Of a DNA stretch of 64,000 bases, positions 19,568 to 31,175 are shown piece by piece. Location: IMG/VR virus record IMGVR_UViG_3300043410_001242. The stretch is one strand, 5' to 3'. A program made the translations under genes and the position numbers. Every line of letters starts with the position of its first letter. Position 1 is the first letter of the stretch. The stretch is from a virus. Below the pieces are notes generated by a model. The model made no database searches. It had not been told where the DNA came from and was given only the letters and a program-made list of their open reading frames with translations.

Positions 19568-20198
19568 CCACGGATATATACTGTTTACACTTATTACCAT
19601 GGTATCTGGTATATTGTGGTTTTGGTATAACCTTATTACAATATGGACATTCTATTCTTGGTTGATTCTTAGCCTTCTGACTAATCTTCTCTCTGGCTAT
19701 ATCATCATGGGTTTTACCATACATTGCATTATTAATACCCTTAGACTTCACGGATAATTTGTTTCTGGATTCTTCTGTCCATATTCTATTCTTATTTGAT
19801 TGTATAATGGCATTTATAGACTTTTGGTTATTAGTCTTACCATATCTTGGACTATTCTCACCTGATAGCATTATACTATATTGTTTTTTTCTTTCTTCGG
19901 TGAATACATAACCTGACGCACCTTCGGCACCATCGGTTCTATTTCTTAATATACCCGTATTATTGTCTTTTCTGCCGAACCAACGGATATAATATCTCTC
20001 AAGGATAAATGACTGTAATTCGGTTAGATTATCTTGTATGATTATTATACGGGATTTATCTTTGGGTGGTAGTATTTCACCTTTCTTATATTTGTTATAG
20101 GCTCTATCGTCTTTGCCTTTACCAATATAATATGGTGTATAATCCTCTCTCAAATAGGCATAAACATAGAATGGTGTTGATTGAGCATATATACTCAT
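19542..20198 (-). CDS. free-standing GIY-YIG homing endonuclease with NUMOD3-like repeats
   Basis: [31 protein letters not shown]-terminal CPYC. Confidence 0.8.
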   Translation of the reverse strand: MSIYAQSTPFYVYAYLREDYTPYYIGKGKDDRAYNKYKKGEILPPKDKSRIIIIQDNLTELQSFILERYYIRWFGRKDNNTGILRNRTDGAEGASGYVFTEERKKQYSIMLSGENSPRYGKTNNQKSINAIIQSNKNRIWTEESRNKLSVKSKGINNAMYGKTHDDIAREKISQKAKNQPRIECPYCNKVIPKPQYTRYHGNKCKQYISVDTICSILE

Positions 20199-20308
20199 AG
20201 CTGATACTCCTCTGTAGTATTAGAACCCTTGGATATTACCAGTATCGCGAAGGGTATTTTTCGTGCGTTAGCACTTGTGTTGACACTATTATTTATACAT
20301 TATATTAT
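20199..20308 (-). promoter_or_regulatory. endonuclease leader: late promoter, conserved hairpin, RBS hairpin; divergent sigma70 promoter
   Basis: TATAAATA (rc of 20290-20297); stem 20225-20255; + strand TTGACA-17-TATTAT 20280-20308. Confidence 0.7.
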
Positions 20309-20500
20309 GAAATCTATATCTGTCTTATCCTTTCTATTAAACCTTTCTATGGTACTATCCATTATAGCATTCTCATATAGAGGATGGATTGGTATTATCT
20401 CTATTATATCTGGTATTCGGTTATGATTAATATTATTCTATTGGTATCTGTATTGGTTATATTCTTTTATTGTTTATTCTTTTTCTATGAGGATTAGGTT

Positions 20501-21172
20501 ATGGATATATCATTAACAGTTATTAGAAAGATAGCCAAAGAGAATGGTCTATCTGTTAATAATAATATACTGGCATTTGCACAAGGTATATCCAATCATG
20601 TATCGGGTAAGATTGAAACTGATATTAAGAAAAAGGTGGCGCGGGATATTGTTGAGATGCTCGGTACTAATGTTACTACCTCTGGTGGTACTGTTAAGGT
20701 TAAGTTTCGGAATGATTTGAGTTTTGATGATGTACGGGCATTATTTGATTATGATGGTGTGAATGGTGGTTTAGTATGGAAGAAGGACGGTAAACCTGCC
20801 GGTTCTGTTGAGCATCATGGTTATATTCGTATTGGTGTAAGAGGGAAAACATATAGGGCACACCATTTGGTATGGTTATGGCATCACGGTGTATTTCCTG
20901 ATACTATTGTGGACCATATTAATCAGATCAAGAATGATAATAGGATTGAGAATCTTCGGTTATCTGACCCGACTCTGAATAACCTTAATCGGACGACCGG
21001 TTCCAATAACACCTCTGGATATAAGGGTGTATCATATCTCAAGAAACGGAACAAGTATGAGGCATCCATTACAGTCAAAGGGAAAATGCACCGGTTAGGT
21101 CAATTCAATACCTTTGAGGAGGCCAAGTATGCACGAATGGCATATGAGGAAGAATTGTTGAACGGTGGTTAG
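20501..21172 (+). CDS. HNH endonuclease with AP2 domain
   Basis: YRAHHLVW, VDHIN..KNDNRIENLR, NNTSGYKGV, LGQFNTFEEA. Confidence 0.85.
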   Translation: MDISLTVIRKIAKENGLSVNNNILAFAQGISNHVSGKIETDIKKKVARDIVEMLGTNVTTSGGTVKVKFRNDLSFDDVRALFDYDGVNGGLVWKKDGKPAGSVEHHGYIRIGVRGKTYRAHHLVWLWHHGVFPDTIVDHINQIKNDNRIENLRLSDPTLNNLNRTTGSNNTSGYKGVSYLKKRNKYEASITVKGKMHRLGQFNTFEEAKYARMAYEEELLNGG

Positions 21173-21223
21173 CAGACTATTTCACGGATGCTGGCTTGAC
21201 TTTTTGGTTGGTTCTGATACAAT
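21156..21223 (+). promoter_or_regulatory. cassette promoter copy 3
   Basis: Boxes 22 bp apart, gap 12, TTGACT-16-TACAAT. Confidence 0.8.
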
Positions 21224-21229
21224 CTTTCC

Positions 21230-21424
21230 ATGATGAAAGTTAAGACAAAGACAGCGAAAGAAATGGTACTGGTATCCGAATGGTTAACTCGGTTTGGTAT
21301 CAATTACACTATTAAAGGGTTCACTATTCAATTCTCTGATATTGAATATCATCATTGGTTGATTATTAAATCAGCCGTGAGATTGAATACTGATTCTGTT
21401 ATTGACCATTTGGAGATTGAATAA
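21230..21424 (+). CDS. hypothetical protein (probably leaderless)
   Basis: ATG 7 nt after the -10. Confidence 0.55.
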   Translation: MMKVKTKTAKEMVLVSEWLTRFGINYTIKGFTIQFSDIEYHHWLIIKSAVRLNTDSVIDHLEIE

Positions 21425-22782
21425 AATGAAAGTTTATATTGTAGTATATCGTTATTGGGATGATTCTGAAGTGATTGGCGTATTTACTTCGGCAGATATT
21501 GCAGAGAAGTATATCGAGCAGTCTATTCTTACCTGTTTTGGTAAGAAGGCAGATATTAGTAAGTATCGTGATTGTTATTCGGTTTCTATTGAAGATGTTA
21601 TTGCGGAGTAGTGGTGAATATTATGAAAGATTATAAAGAAATGTCTGAATCTGAATTGGTATCTGAATATAAGGATATTTGTGAAGAATTGGAAGAATGT
21701 GAGTTTGGTTCTTATTCCTACGATGTTTTGAATATGGAATTACAGTATATTCACAGCGTATTATCTGAAAGAGGTTTATAATGTGTGAATGTAATTATGT
21801 TTATTGTGTAATGGAATCTTCATACCCTGCACCTATGGGATTGAGGGTATTCTCTACCTATGCAAAGGCAGATGCATTTAGAAAGGTATTGATGGAAAAG
21901 TATCCTAATTATTCTAATTTTTATGTTGAAAGTATTGAGGTTGATGAATAATGAAAATCAAATATAGAGTTCGTTGTAAGGGTTTAAGGTGGTATGCGAC
22001 ATTTAATACCTTATCAGAAGCAGAAAATCATGCTAAAACCGCATGGGAATTTAAGGATAGTCCCAATAACTATATTGAAGTGATTATAACTGCAAAAGTT
22101 TAATTGGATTTGGAGTTCATATTATGAAAGGTTATATTGTATATCATTATGCAGAGAATTCTCAAGAATGGATGAATGAGTTATTCAAAGAGAATAAGTT
22201 TCCGGTATTTGATTTTGTATCTGACGATAGAGTATTAGCCATGGAGAAACATACCGAATTAGGTGGTATGGATAAGGGTTATTATATTGCACAAGTATCT
22301 GAAATGGTAATGGGAGAATGAATAATGTGGTTTTATATAACGTATTGGTCGAATCTTGATAAATGTTATGGTGAAGATACTATATGGGCAGATTCTTCTG
22401 AATCAGCAAAGAGTATATTCTTTGAATCTCTCGCAAATCATGATTGTGAAATAGTATCCGTGGAGATTGAATAATGGAAGATGAATATAAAAAGTTTATT
22501 AAGGTTGAAGAAGTGGTTGAGCATACACTTGAAATTGATATTGATGAATATGATGATCCCTGTCCTGATTGTGGTAAGCAATTAAAAATGTCCAATTCTG
22601 GTGGTGTATATTGTTCTTGTGGGTATTGGTTCTGTTATTAGAGGGGTGAATTATGACTAATGAAGTAATGATTGCCTCAGTAATGGGGTTTGTGTTGATT
22701 ATAATGGCGTATTACATTATTACAATTTAATTATGAAAGTATATAATGATTTATATTATGTAAAAGAATTGGAGATTGAATA

Positions 22783-22944
22783 ATGAATAAAGTATTAGAT
22801 TTATATTGGAGTGATATGTATAATGAAATCAAGAATGGTAATATATCACCTGATGAATTTCATCAATGGTTATGGGATATATCAGATCAATCCTATCGGA
22901 ATGGTTATAATGATAGTGACCGCGTGAATACTGGTGGTGTATAA
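22783..22944 (+). CDS. hypothetical protein, near-identical paralog of 23439..23642
   Basis: Shared VLDLYWSDMYNEI...DSDRVNTG. Confidence 0.6.
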   Translation: MNKVLDLYWSDMYNEIKNGNISPDEFHQWLWDISDQSYRNGYNDSDRVNTGGV

Positions 22945-23110
22945 TGAAAGTTTATATTATTATTGAAACTGGTACTCATGGTCGTGATTGTATCTATGGA
23001 GTATTTGCGTCTAGAGAATCAGCATCTAATTGGATTGATAATCAACCTTGGTTATCTGAAGTAGATAAAGAGTTTCTTATTATTATTGAAGAAGAATTGA
23101 GGGTTGAATA

Positions 23111-23452
23111 ATGAAAAAGACATATATCATATATTGGAATTTTGATGGACGGATAGTTCAAAATCGTGAGAAATGTACCTATGAAGAATTAAAAAAACAT
23201 ATCCATAAAACGATAACTGAATATAAAGCAAATATAGAATATGTGGAAGAAATTATAGAATCGCGGGCCCGAATTGATATAGATGGAAAAGAACCGAAAA
23301 CCTTTATTGGTCCGAAGTCAGACAAAAAGTCGTTATTGGAAATGATTGAGGCAATACCTAGACGCATTGAGCCATTAGGCGGTCAGAGATTCAGCTACGT
23401 CAAACTTGCAGAAGTAATTGACACCATAAAGGACTATTATGGAGTATTGTAA
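23111..23452 (+). CDS. hypothetical protein
   Basis: 113-aa ORF, GAGG RBS. Confidence 0.55.
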   Translation: MKKTYIIYWNFDGRIVQNREKCTYEELKKHIHKTITEYKANIEYVEEIIESRARIDIDGKEPKTFIGPKSDKKSLLEMIEAIPRRIEPLGGQRFSYVKLAEVIDTIKDYYGVL

Positions 23453-23642
23453 GATAATGGTAGAAATGCAGAATCGCGTATTAGATTTATATTGGAGTGA
23501 TATGTATAATGAAATCATCAAGGGTAATGTATCACCGGATGAATTTCATCAATGGTTATGGGATATATCGGAACAATCATATCGGGATGGTTATAATGAT
23601 AGTGACCGTGTGAATACTGGTATTGTTGGAGAACCGCAATAA
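23439..23642 (+). CDS. hypothetical protein, paralog of 22783..22944
   Basis: DNA-level duplication. Confidence 0.6.
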   Translation: MEYCKIMVEMQNRVLDLYWSDMYNEIIKGNVSPDEFHQWLWDISEQSYRDGYNDSDRVNTGIVGEPQ

Positions 23643-24248
23643 TGGAAAATGATTATAATAAGTTTATTAGGGAAATATCAGACGAATACCTATTCAAATC
23701 TGATATTGATGATGTTGAGGAGTTTATTGAAACCAAGGATTTTGAATCGTTTGGTGTAGAATATGAAACCGTGGTATTTGATGTTACCATGTTTATATTA
23801 GAGCAAGATTATGAGTGGGATGAATAATGAATAATAGAGATAGTGTAGTCCAATTGAGAGAGATTATAGAATGGATTAAGGAGATTGATACAGGGAATGA
23901 AAACTATAATTATAAACTGTTGAAAGTCCAGCAGTTTATAGAAGATATTGTTATTGATATGGTATATGATAAACTGGATAATGGGAGTGAATAATGAATA
24001 ATTGTGGTGAATCCATATTCGTTTTTATTCTATTCACTCTATTTGTATTGGGTACATGGAAAGCATTTGAGATTATTATTTGGTTATTTCAACACGTTAG
24101 GATAGTATAATGTTATATCTTATTAGTGTTGATAATGATGGTCTGATATATTCTGGTGGTGATACACCAGAGGATGCCATTAAGGCTGTTGAGTTTTTTC
24201 TTGGTGAAGGCAGGCAATATACGGTCCTGCACCAAATCGACCTTTAAG

Positions 24249-24411
24249 AATCAACCACTTACAACACACAATCCTCCCCTCCTGCATCCTTCCCACCTGC
24301 CCTGGTGTTCACCGTCACGGACACAACCAGGGCGCCTCTCGATTGTTCACTCCTAAGAAGCGCATTGTTTCACGGCCGCTGGCTTGACTTCCTCACTGGT
24401 TCTGATACAAT
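24249..24411 (+). promoter_or_regulatory. cassette promoter copy 4 with IHF site, C-rich tract and hairpin
   Basis: AATCAACCACTTA; GCCCTGGT...ACCAGGGC; boxes 24344/24366; TTGACT-16-TACAAT. Confidence 0.8.
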
Positions 24412-24586
24412 CTTTCCATAGTCAGAGAGAAATTGAATTAGGAGTTAAATTATGAAAGTCAATAAACAATATATGGTCGGTTACAATAACGGGTTTTGGA
24501 TGGAATTCAAAGTCTCATTATCCCTTGTGGTTATGTTTCTGACCTTTCTTACCCTTTTCGCGAATTAATTAATAGGAGAATATATC

Positions 24587-25003
24587 ATGGCTTATATGAA
24601 TCAAAACCTCAAAGCAGAATTGGCACCTGGTATCAAGGCTGTATTAAAGAAATATGGCATGAAAGGTAGTATTGCTGTCCGTCACCATATGTCCCTGGTT
24701 GTCAATATCAAGAGTGGTAAACTGGATATCATGCAAAACTGGTATGATAAAGTAACCGAAAATGGTACTGTCAACCAGTATGGTGACAATATCAGAAAGC
24801 CTGAATACCTTGATGTTAATCAGTATTGGATCGAAGATGGTTATACTGGTATTGTCAAGGACTTCATTAATGAACTATATGCCGCCATGAAAGGTGATAA
24901 ATGGTTCGATAAATCAGATATTCAATCAGACTATTTCCATACCGCATACTATATGGATATTCATGTTGGGAATTGGAATAAACCGTATATCTTTGAGGGT
25001 TAA
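24587..25003 (+). CDS. conserved phage hypothetical protein
   Basis: AGGAGA RBS; DKSDIQSDYFH motif. Confidence 0.7.
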   Translation: MAYMNQNLKAELAPGIKAVLKKYGMKGSIAVRHHMSLVVNIKSGKLDIMQNWYDKVTENGTVNQYGDNIRKPEYLDVNQYWIEDGYTGIVKDFINELYAAMKGDKWFDKSDIQSDYFHTAYYMDIHVGNWNKPYIFEG

Positions 25004-25286
25004 TAATGGATACTAGAGTTAAATTTAGTGAAGTGTCTATTGGAGAGATATTCTTTGATGAAGTATCTGGAGAGTATTGGAGAAAAGACAATCTCACGAC
25101 TGCCAGTATTATGTCTGGCCATTATGATGGTACTGATATTTTTCAAATTGATGAATATGTTATTGTAGAGGTTGAATAGTATGTGTGAAGATTATGATGT
25201 ATATCAGTATGATGAGTATTATTGGGATAGTATTCCATATGATGATATTTACGATACTGCCGAAGAAATTGATTTAAAGGATTGGG

Positions 25287-25544
25287 ATGAATAAAATGAA
25301 AAAATATAGTAAGAAAGAACAATATAATATTCTCTGCCAGTCGGCAATACTGGTTAATGATGAAGGATCATTTCGTATTGATTATGTACCCGAGTATGAT
25401 GTTTTATTAAATGGTGATGATTCTATTGTATTGAGTAATGAATCAGATGGTGAAGATTATTATTATGATCTTGATGAAATTGATTTAAATGATCCATCTA
25501 CCAATACCTATAGACTGGTATTATCTAACCCTATTGTGGAGTAA
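25287..25544 (+). CDS. acidic hypothetical protein
   Basis: ORF in module. Confidence 0.5.
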   Translation: MNKMKKYSKKEQYNILCQSAILVNDEGSFRIDYVPEYDVLLNGDDSIVLSNESDGEDYYYDLDEIDLNDPSTNTYRLVLSNPIVE

Positions 25545-25811
25545 CCATGGATAATGTATTTGTTGTGGTATATGAGTATTTCGATGATTTTGAAGTCTTG
25601 GAAGTATTCAAGACTAGAGCATTAGCAGAATGTTATATTGGGAATTTCCCGCATGATGGTGTATATTATACTGTTGATAATTTCGATATACTAGAAAAGA
25701 AACTTTGGGAGTAATATGTTAGAATTTGATAACCTTCAAATGATGGTGCTCTGGCACTATGATTGGGTGCTACACCTCCACCTGTCATTCTGACAATCCA
25801 GGGCATTTATA

Positions 25812-25975
25812 AATCAATCACTTATAACACCCAATCCTTTCCTCCTGCATCCTGCCCTGGTTGCACGGCATACACTCACACCGATCCACGGACCACTGTT
25901 AACCAATCTGCTCATCATTGTTTCATGGATTGACAGCAATCCGCGCTTGACATTCGATGGATTTTGTGAGACAAT
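25812..25975 (+). promoter_or_regulatory. cassette promoter copy 5 with IHF site and C-rich tract
   Basis: AATCAATCACTTA; boxes 25897/25919; gap 22; TTGACA-17-GACAAT. Confidence 0.75.
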
Positions 25976-25981
25976 ACCACC

Positions 25982-26152
25982 ATGAAATCAAGAAACACAA
26001 AGCGAAACGGGTACTTCCAGGTTCTAGTCTATCAAGGCACCGACTGGGTTGATACCAAGAAATATAAAACCATGAACCGTGCTTATGACTTCAAAGCAGT
26101 AAGAGAATCCCTGGGATATACTGTTAAGGTCAAATGGGTTAATTTGGACTGA
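25982..26152 (+). CDS. 56-aa hypothetical protein, probably leaderless (not in ORF track)
   Basis: ATG 7 nt after the -10; MKSRNTKRNGYFQV... Confidence 0.5.
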   Translation: MKSRNTKRNGYFQVLVYQGTDWVDTKKYKTMNRAYDFKAVRESLGYTVKVKWVNLD

Positions 26153-26169
26153 TTATTAGGAGATATATT

Positions 26170-26385
26170 ATGTGGGATTTTAAAGATATGTATATTACTG
26201 CTGATTATTATGGCCATACCGTTACTGGTAAAGTCAGAGATTCTCGCGTAAAACTGGGTGGTACTATTGTCCATTATATTGACTTCGATCAACCACAGCC
26301 GGTGGGTTTTCGTGGAACTATGCGGGATGGTGTAATGGTCGAACACGCTTGGGTTAAAAGGGTAAGAGATAACATTGGAGAATAA
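26170..26385 (+). CDS. hypothetical protein, paralog of 43507..43716
   Basis: Shared SRVKLGGT.VHY...MRDG.MVEHAWV. Confidence 0.7.
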   Translation: MWDFKDMYITADYYGHTVTGKVRDSRVKLGGTIVHYIDFDQPQPVGFRGTMRDGVMVEHAWVKRVRDNIGE

Positions 26386-26707
26386 TTATGTATATTCAAT
26401 TTGATGATGCTATGGGTTTGTGGGCAGTATTAACTGATGATGATCGGTTACTGTCTTATTTCTATAATAAAATGGATGCTGAATCATTTCTTAATGGTAT
26501 GAAGTCATTCATTAATACGGTTGGTGGTTAATATGAAGAAATATGTATTTGAATATCTCGATGATGAAGGACTATTCGAGGAGTTTCATATAAAGGCTGA
26601 AGACCGAGAAACGGCATGGTTTAAAATCAAAGAATATGCTGGTATTGGTGCCGTTATTCTGGGAGTATATGAGGAGATTTTCAGCGGCGAGTGGTTGGTT
26701 GAGTGAT

Positions 26708-26774
26708 TGTTGCCTCCTGGTTAGCAGACTGTTTCATGGATAGAGCTTGCAATCCTCCACGGTTCTGATACAAT
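26708..26774 (+). promoter_or_regulatory. cassette promoter copy 6
   Basis: Boxes 26708/26730, gap 11, TTGCAA-16-TACAAT. Confidence 0.8.
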
Positions 26775-26987
26775 CCTCCCATAGTTTGAAACATTGATTG
26801 GAGATTATATTATGAAAAACAGAACTACCGTTAAAACTCGCACCCTTCCCTTCACCGTGGTATACACCGTCGATGGTGTAACCACCAAAAAGAGATTCAC
26901 GGAGGCTGGTGCCGCATGGAGTTTTATGTCCAAGGTCGGCGGACACCTTAACATGGCATTCCGCACCGCTTAATTAGGAGATATATT

Positions 26988-27731
26988 ATGAAACTGTTAT
27001 CCACTGGTAACCCAAAAGTATTAAAAGGTCTGTCTCAAGGGTACAATACCTATATCCTGCACCTTGCACCTGCTGACCTTTCTGGGTATGAAACCTGCGC
27101 CAAACGGACTGCTGGTTGCACCGCCGCCTGCCTTAATACTGCCGGACGTGGCGGTATGTTTAAGACTGGTGAAACCACTAATGTTATCCAGCAGGCTCGT
27201 ATTCGCAAAACTAAACTATTTTTCGAGGATCGGGTTACCTTTATGGCCCAATTGGTCAAAGATATTGAACTTGGTATTAAGCAGTCTCTTAATAAGAATC
27301 TGATTCCAGTATTCCGTCTTAATGGTACTTCAGATATTGCATGGGAAAAGTATTCAGTAACCCGTGATGGTCTGGTATATAAGAATATCTTTGAGGCATT
27401 TCCTAATGTTCGGTTTTACGATTATAGTAAAGTATTGGGTCGTCGCATTAATCATATTCCAAACTACCATATTACCTTCTCTGCCGCTGATGGCAATGGT
27501 TTGGATGTCGTTAAGGCTATTAATGATGGGTATAATGTTGCGGTAGTATTTGGTGGTAAAGTATTACCCACAGAATATCTAGGCCGTCCTGTTATTAATG
27601 CTGATGATAATGACCTGAGATTCCTTGATCCTAAGGGTGTTATCTGCGGACTTGTTGCAAAAGGTAAAGCTAAAAAGGATACTACTGGTTTTGTGAGATA
27701 TCCTTCCTTTGAAATTAAGTCTGCGGCATAA
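26988..27731 (+). CDS. GP88-family phage protein
   Basis: C..R..GC.AACLNTAGRG, RLNGTSDI.WE, FYDYSK, DNDLRFLDP. Confidence 0.7.
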   Translation: MKLLSTGNPKVLKGLSQGYNTYILHLAPADLSGYETCAKRTAGCTAACLNTAGRGGMFKTGETTNVIQQARIRKTKLFFEDRVTFMAQLVKDIELGIKQSLNKNLIPVFRLNGTSDIAWEKYSVTRDGLVYKNIFEAFPNVRFYDYSKVLGRRINHIPNYHITFSAADGNGLDVVKAINDGYNVAVVFGGKVLPTEYLGRPVINADDNDLRFLDPKGVICGLVAKGKAKKDTTGFVRYPSFEIKSAA

Positions 27732-27809
27732 TTATTTTCTAGAAAACCATTATATTTTCACATTTTACGACTAAATAATTAAGTATAGTTTGTAAACTAG
27801 GAGAATATA

Positions 27810-28373
27810 ATGGACTGGAATAATAAAGAACAAGTCAGAGAGTATAACAGACAGTATAGAAAAGAGTGGGAAAAATCACCAAAAGCTATTGAATATCGTA
27901 AAAAGAGAAATGAATTAAAAAAAGAACAAAGAAGATTAGATAAATTAAACAGACCATCTAAAGAGAAAAAGATTATTGATCCTCTTATTAAAAAAGAAAA
28001 GGATCGAATAAAATTTGAAAAGTATTATTGCACCACAAAAGGTCGTGCGGCACATATGCTTGATAATGCAAGAGCTCGAGCCACTAAAAAGAATATTCAA
28101 ATCACTATAACCCAAGATTGGATACAGGAGAAACTCGATAATGGTATCTGTGAAGTATCTGGTTTACCTTTGAATTTTAGTATAAATGGTGGTAAGGGAC
28201 ATAAAGAAAATTCATTTGCTCCATCTATTGATAGAATTAACCAAACTGGTGATTATACACCAGAGAATTGTCGATTAACTTGTTGGATTTTTAATAGAGC
28301 ACGGGGTGCATTCCCTGATGATGATTTTGATATATTACTTGAAGCGTTAATTGAAAGGAAAAAGAATGTCTGA
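27810..28373 (+). CDS. putative HNH-like endonuclease
   Basis: CEVSG...PSIDRIN...Y...NCRLTC; CTAAATA late-like promoter upstream. Confidence 0.65.
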   Translation: MDWNNKEQVREYNRQYRKEWEKSPKAIEYRKKRNELKKEQRRLDKLNRPSKEKKIIDPLIKKEKDRIKFEKYYCTTKGRAAHMLDNARARATKKNIQITITQDWIQEKLDNGICEVSGLPLNFSINGGKGHKENSFAPSIDRINQTGDYTPENCRLTCWIFNRARGAFPDDDFDILLEALIERKKNV

Positions 28374-29043
28374 ATTAAAAGAATATATTGTATTGTTTCG
28401 GGATGGTACTGAATATCTGGTTGATCCCTGGGGTTTCAGAGCAATGGCTGAAGATTATGCCCATGCCGAGGAACAGTTATTGGATGCTGAACCGGGTGTT
28501 GAGATATTATGGGTCGTTGAAACTGATGATTATAATACTGCATTAGAAGATTATTATAGTAATGGTGAATAGTATGAATATGAGTTATTGTAGGTTTCAG
28601 AATACTGAAATTGATTTGAGGGAATGTGTTAGTGAACTGGAATATGTTGATGATTTGGAATCACTGGAATTGAGTGATGATGAAGCAAGAGCAATGAAAC
28701 GTATGTATACCTTGTGTATTAATTATGTTCATGAATATGAAAGGTTGAATGATATTGACCAAGATATTGCAGGGTAATAATATGGATATAGTAGAAAAAT
28801 CATCAGCAATAGTAAATGATGCATTTGACCGATGGATAATTGATGAGAATCTGGATATATTCAATCAATATAAAGTAATTGGCGCATTGAATACTTGTCT
28901 TAATGATTGTATTGAAAATGGTGATGATTCAACTGCATTTTATAAAGATACTATTAAGGATGATGATATTAATGATGTAATGCATTATATCTCTGACCGT
29001 TGGTTTTGTAGTGGTCGGATACGTTTCATATTGAGGATTATAA

Positions 29044-29304
29044 ATGACAGATAATAGTTTTAAACTGACAGATAATATTACCTATACATTTGAAGAACCA
29101 ATATATCCGGTTGGTGCGATATACTTTATTCAAAAGGGTAAACCAAGACTGTTATACTCACCAAAGGCCGATATAACCAATATTGAATTGTCGAGATTGC
29201 TTCCATTATTTGCCATTGGTATGATGCAATATGGTGGCAATTATGATTTTCGTGGTTATATTGATGAGCATGGGTTAACACGGCATTTTATTGAAACCAA
29301 TTAA
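29044..29304 (+). CDS. hypothetical protein
   Basis: GAGGA RBS. Confidence 0.5.
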   Translation: MTDNSFKLTDNITYTFEEPIYPVGAIYFIQKGKPRLLYSPKADITNIELSRLLPLFAIGMMQYGGNYDFRGYIDEHGLTRHFIETN

Positions 29305-29335
29305 CGGTGCCAACCAGGGCATCCACGCCATTGTA

Positions 29336-29498
29336 AATCAACCACTTACCGACTCAATTCCTTCCTCCGTGCGTCCTTCTACCGTGCCCTGGTGTTGACC
29401 TTCACGGACTGAAGGACCACTGCTTCACAAATCGCTCAACATTGTTTCTCGGATGGGTACGATCCAGGGCTTGACTTCCGCCCTGGTTCTGATACAAT
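29336..29498 (+). promoter_or_regulatory. cassette promoter copy 7 with IHF site and C-rich tract
   Basis: AATCAACCACTTA; boxes 29421/29443; gap 22; TTGACT-16-TACAAT. Confidence 0.8.
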
Positions 29499-29537
29499 CC
29501 TCCCATAGTTTGAGACAACCACTTAGGAGAATATATT

Positions 29538-29951
29538 ATGGCTACTCGCTCTACCATTTCAATCGAGAATCTTGATGGCTCTATCAATACCATTTATTGC
29601 CATTATGATGGATATATCTCTCATAATGGAGTTATTCTACAAACCAAATATAATGACCGTGAATTGGTCGCCAAACTGATTATGGGTGGTGCCATTTCAA
29701 CCTTGGGTTCTAGTATTTCACCAGTACCGCTGGACTTTGATGAACCGACCGCTTATACCAAGTATTATTCATATCGTGGTGAAATCACCACTATTGATTA
29801 TTATAAGGATTTTGATGATTATGACCAGAATCACCATTATGAGGAATTTGAATATCTTTTTACCAAAGATAATGTTTGGTCAGTATTCTTTCGTGGTGAT
29901 TGGCACGACCTTGAATATGTAATTCAAGAATCAGAAAAAGAGGTAGCATAA
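29538..29951 (+). CDS. conserved phage hypothetical protein
   Basis: MATRSTI...YCHYDGY; AGGAGA RBS. Confidence 0.7.
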   Translation: MATRSTISIENLDGSINTIYCHYDGYISHNGVILQTKYNDRELVAKLIMGGAISTLGSSISPVPLDFDEPTAYTKYYSYRGEITTIDYYKDFDDYDQNHHYEEFEYLFTKDNVWSVFFRGDWHDLEYVIQESEKEVA

Positions 29952-29952
29952 T

Positions 29953-30291
29953 ATGTTCTATACTTATAATCAAAATAACTCTGGTGGTTCATTCCACCAT
30001 GATGATAAGATAACCTTATATGTAATTGTAGAAGCGGATTCACCGGATGAATCTGATACTATTGCAGAAGGTATTGGTATCTATTTCAATGGTTGTGATG
30101 ATGATATTGATTGTCCGTGTTGTGGTGATAGATGGTGTCCCGCATATGATGGAAAGGATGAACCATTAGTATATGGTAAATCACCAGATGAAATGAAAAC
30201 TGATGAATGGGGTTTAATGTGGACCGATCCCGGTGAAGTATATTGTCGAGTATTCTATAAAGATGGTACTATTAAGGAGTATATTAAATGA
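29953..30291 (+). CDS. conserved phage hypothetical protein
   Basis: QNNSGGSF...DCPCCGDRW. Confidence 0.7.
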   Translation: MFYTYNQNNSGGSFHHDDKITLYVIVEADSPDESDTIAEGIGIYFNGCDDDIDCPCCGDRWCPAYDGKDEPLVYGKSPDEMKTDEWGLMWTDPGEVYCRVFYKDGTIKEYIK

Positions 30292-30390
30292 TTTTTATTG
30301 ATTTTCTTGGTCTTATTATGATGGTATTGGTTATTTGGTTTTATTATCCGGTACTGAAGGCAGAATTCAAGAGTCTACGGAGAAAGTGAT

Positions 30391-30458
30391 TGTTTCGCCG
30401 GACGAAGCAGACTGTTTCACGGCCAGGGGCTTGCAATCCTGGCCGGTTCTGATACAAT
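30391..30458 (+). promoter_or_regulatory. cassette promoter copy 8
   Basis: Boxes 30391/30413, gap 12, TTGCAA-16-TACAAT. Confidence 0.8.
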
Positions 30459-30866
30459 CCTTCCATAGTTTGAAATTTGGAGATTGTATTATGAAAACTG
30501 AAAACAAAAAATTTTATGTAACCCTTGAATATGTTAGCGGTAGCAATAAATCCTTTGAGTATAGTACCACCCTTGGTCGTGGTTTCGCCTCTTTTGATGC
30601 TGCTCAGCAGTTTGGTGATACCGTAATGGATAACACCAAAGATTGTAATACCCGCGTTGCTAACTTCACTGTCTGTTGGAGATAATATATTATGAATACT
30701 TTAGGACTGTTTAGATTTACATTTGAAGATGGTACTACCGAAACCTGTTTCGGTGATGGATTGGCCGATGCCTTTTGGATGTTCGCTGATAAGTTTGGAA
30801 CGGACGATTTGAATGGTTTACTTTCTCTTGAAAGAACCCACACCTTTTAATTATTGAGGTCATATT

Positions 30867-31169
30867 ATGAAAACCAAAAAGTATACCGTATATGCCGACC
30901 CTGGCCATTCATGGGTAAAGGTTAAATTCACCGAATTACTTGACTTGAATATTCACCAGAATATCACACCATATTCATATACCAGAAATGGTCATGTATA
31001 TCTAGAAGAAGATTTGGACGCTGGTGTATTAATTGATGCATTATCTGATAAAGGTATCAAACCATATTGGGTAGTAAAGCATACTAATAAGCAATCAAAG
31101 ATTCGGAGTTATTCTCACTATATTGCTCCGAGAGTATATATTGAAAATTCTTTTAAAATTCAAGGATAA
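30867..31169 (+). CDS. conserved phage hypothetical protein
   Basis: DPGHSW...VYLEEDLD. Confidence 0.65.
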   Translation: MKTKKYTVYADPGHSWVKVKFTELLDLNIHQNITPYSYTRNGHVYLEEDLDAGVLIDALSDKGIKPYWVVKHTNKQSKIRSYSHYIAPRVYIENSFKIQG

Positions 31170-31175
31170 TATATT

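Noticed and set aside
24156-24356. ORFs running through cassette sequences (24156..24356, 17640..17822, 30335 N-terminus, 48072..48440)
   Set aside because: They are open because the GC-rich regulatory repeats lack stops; no RBS and atypical composition.
24383-24420. CTTGAC...CCAT as a sigma32 promoter
   Set aside because: The distance to CCAT is about twice the 13-14 bp sigma32 spacing, and a TGnTACAAT sigma70 -10 lies in between.
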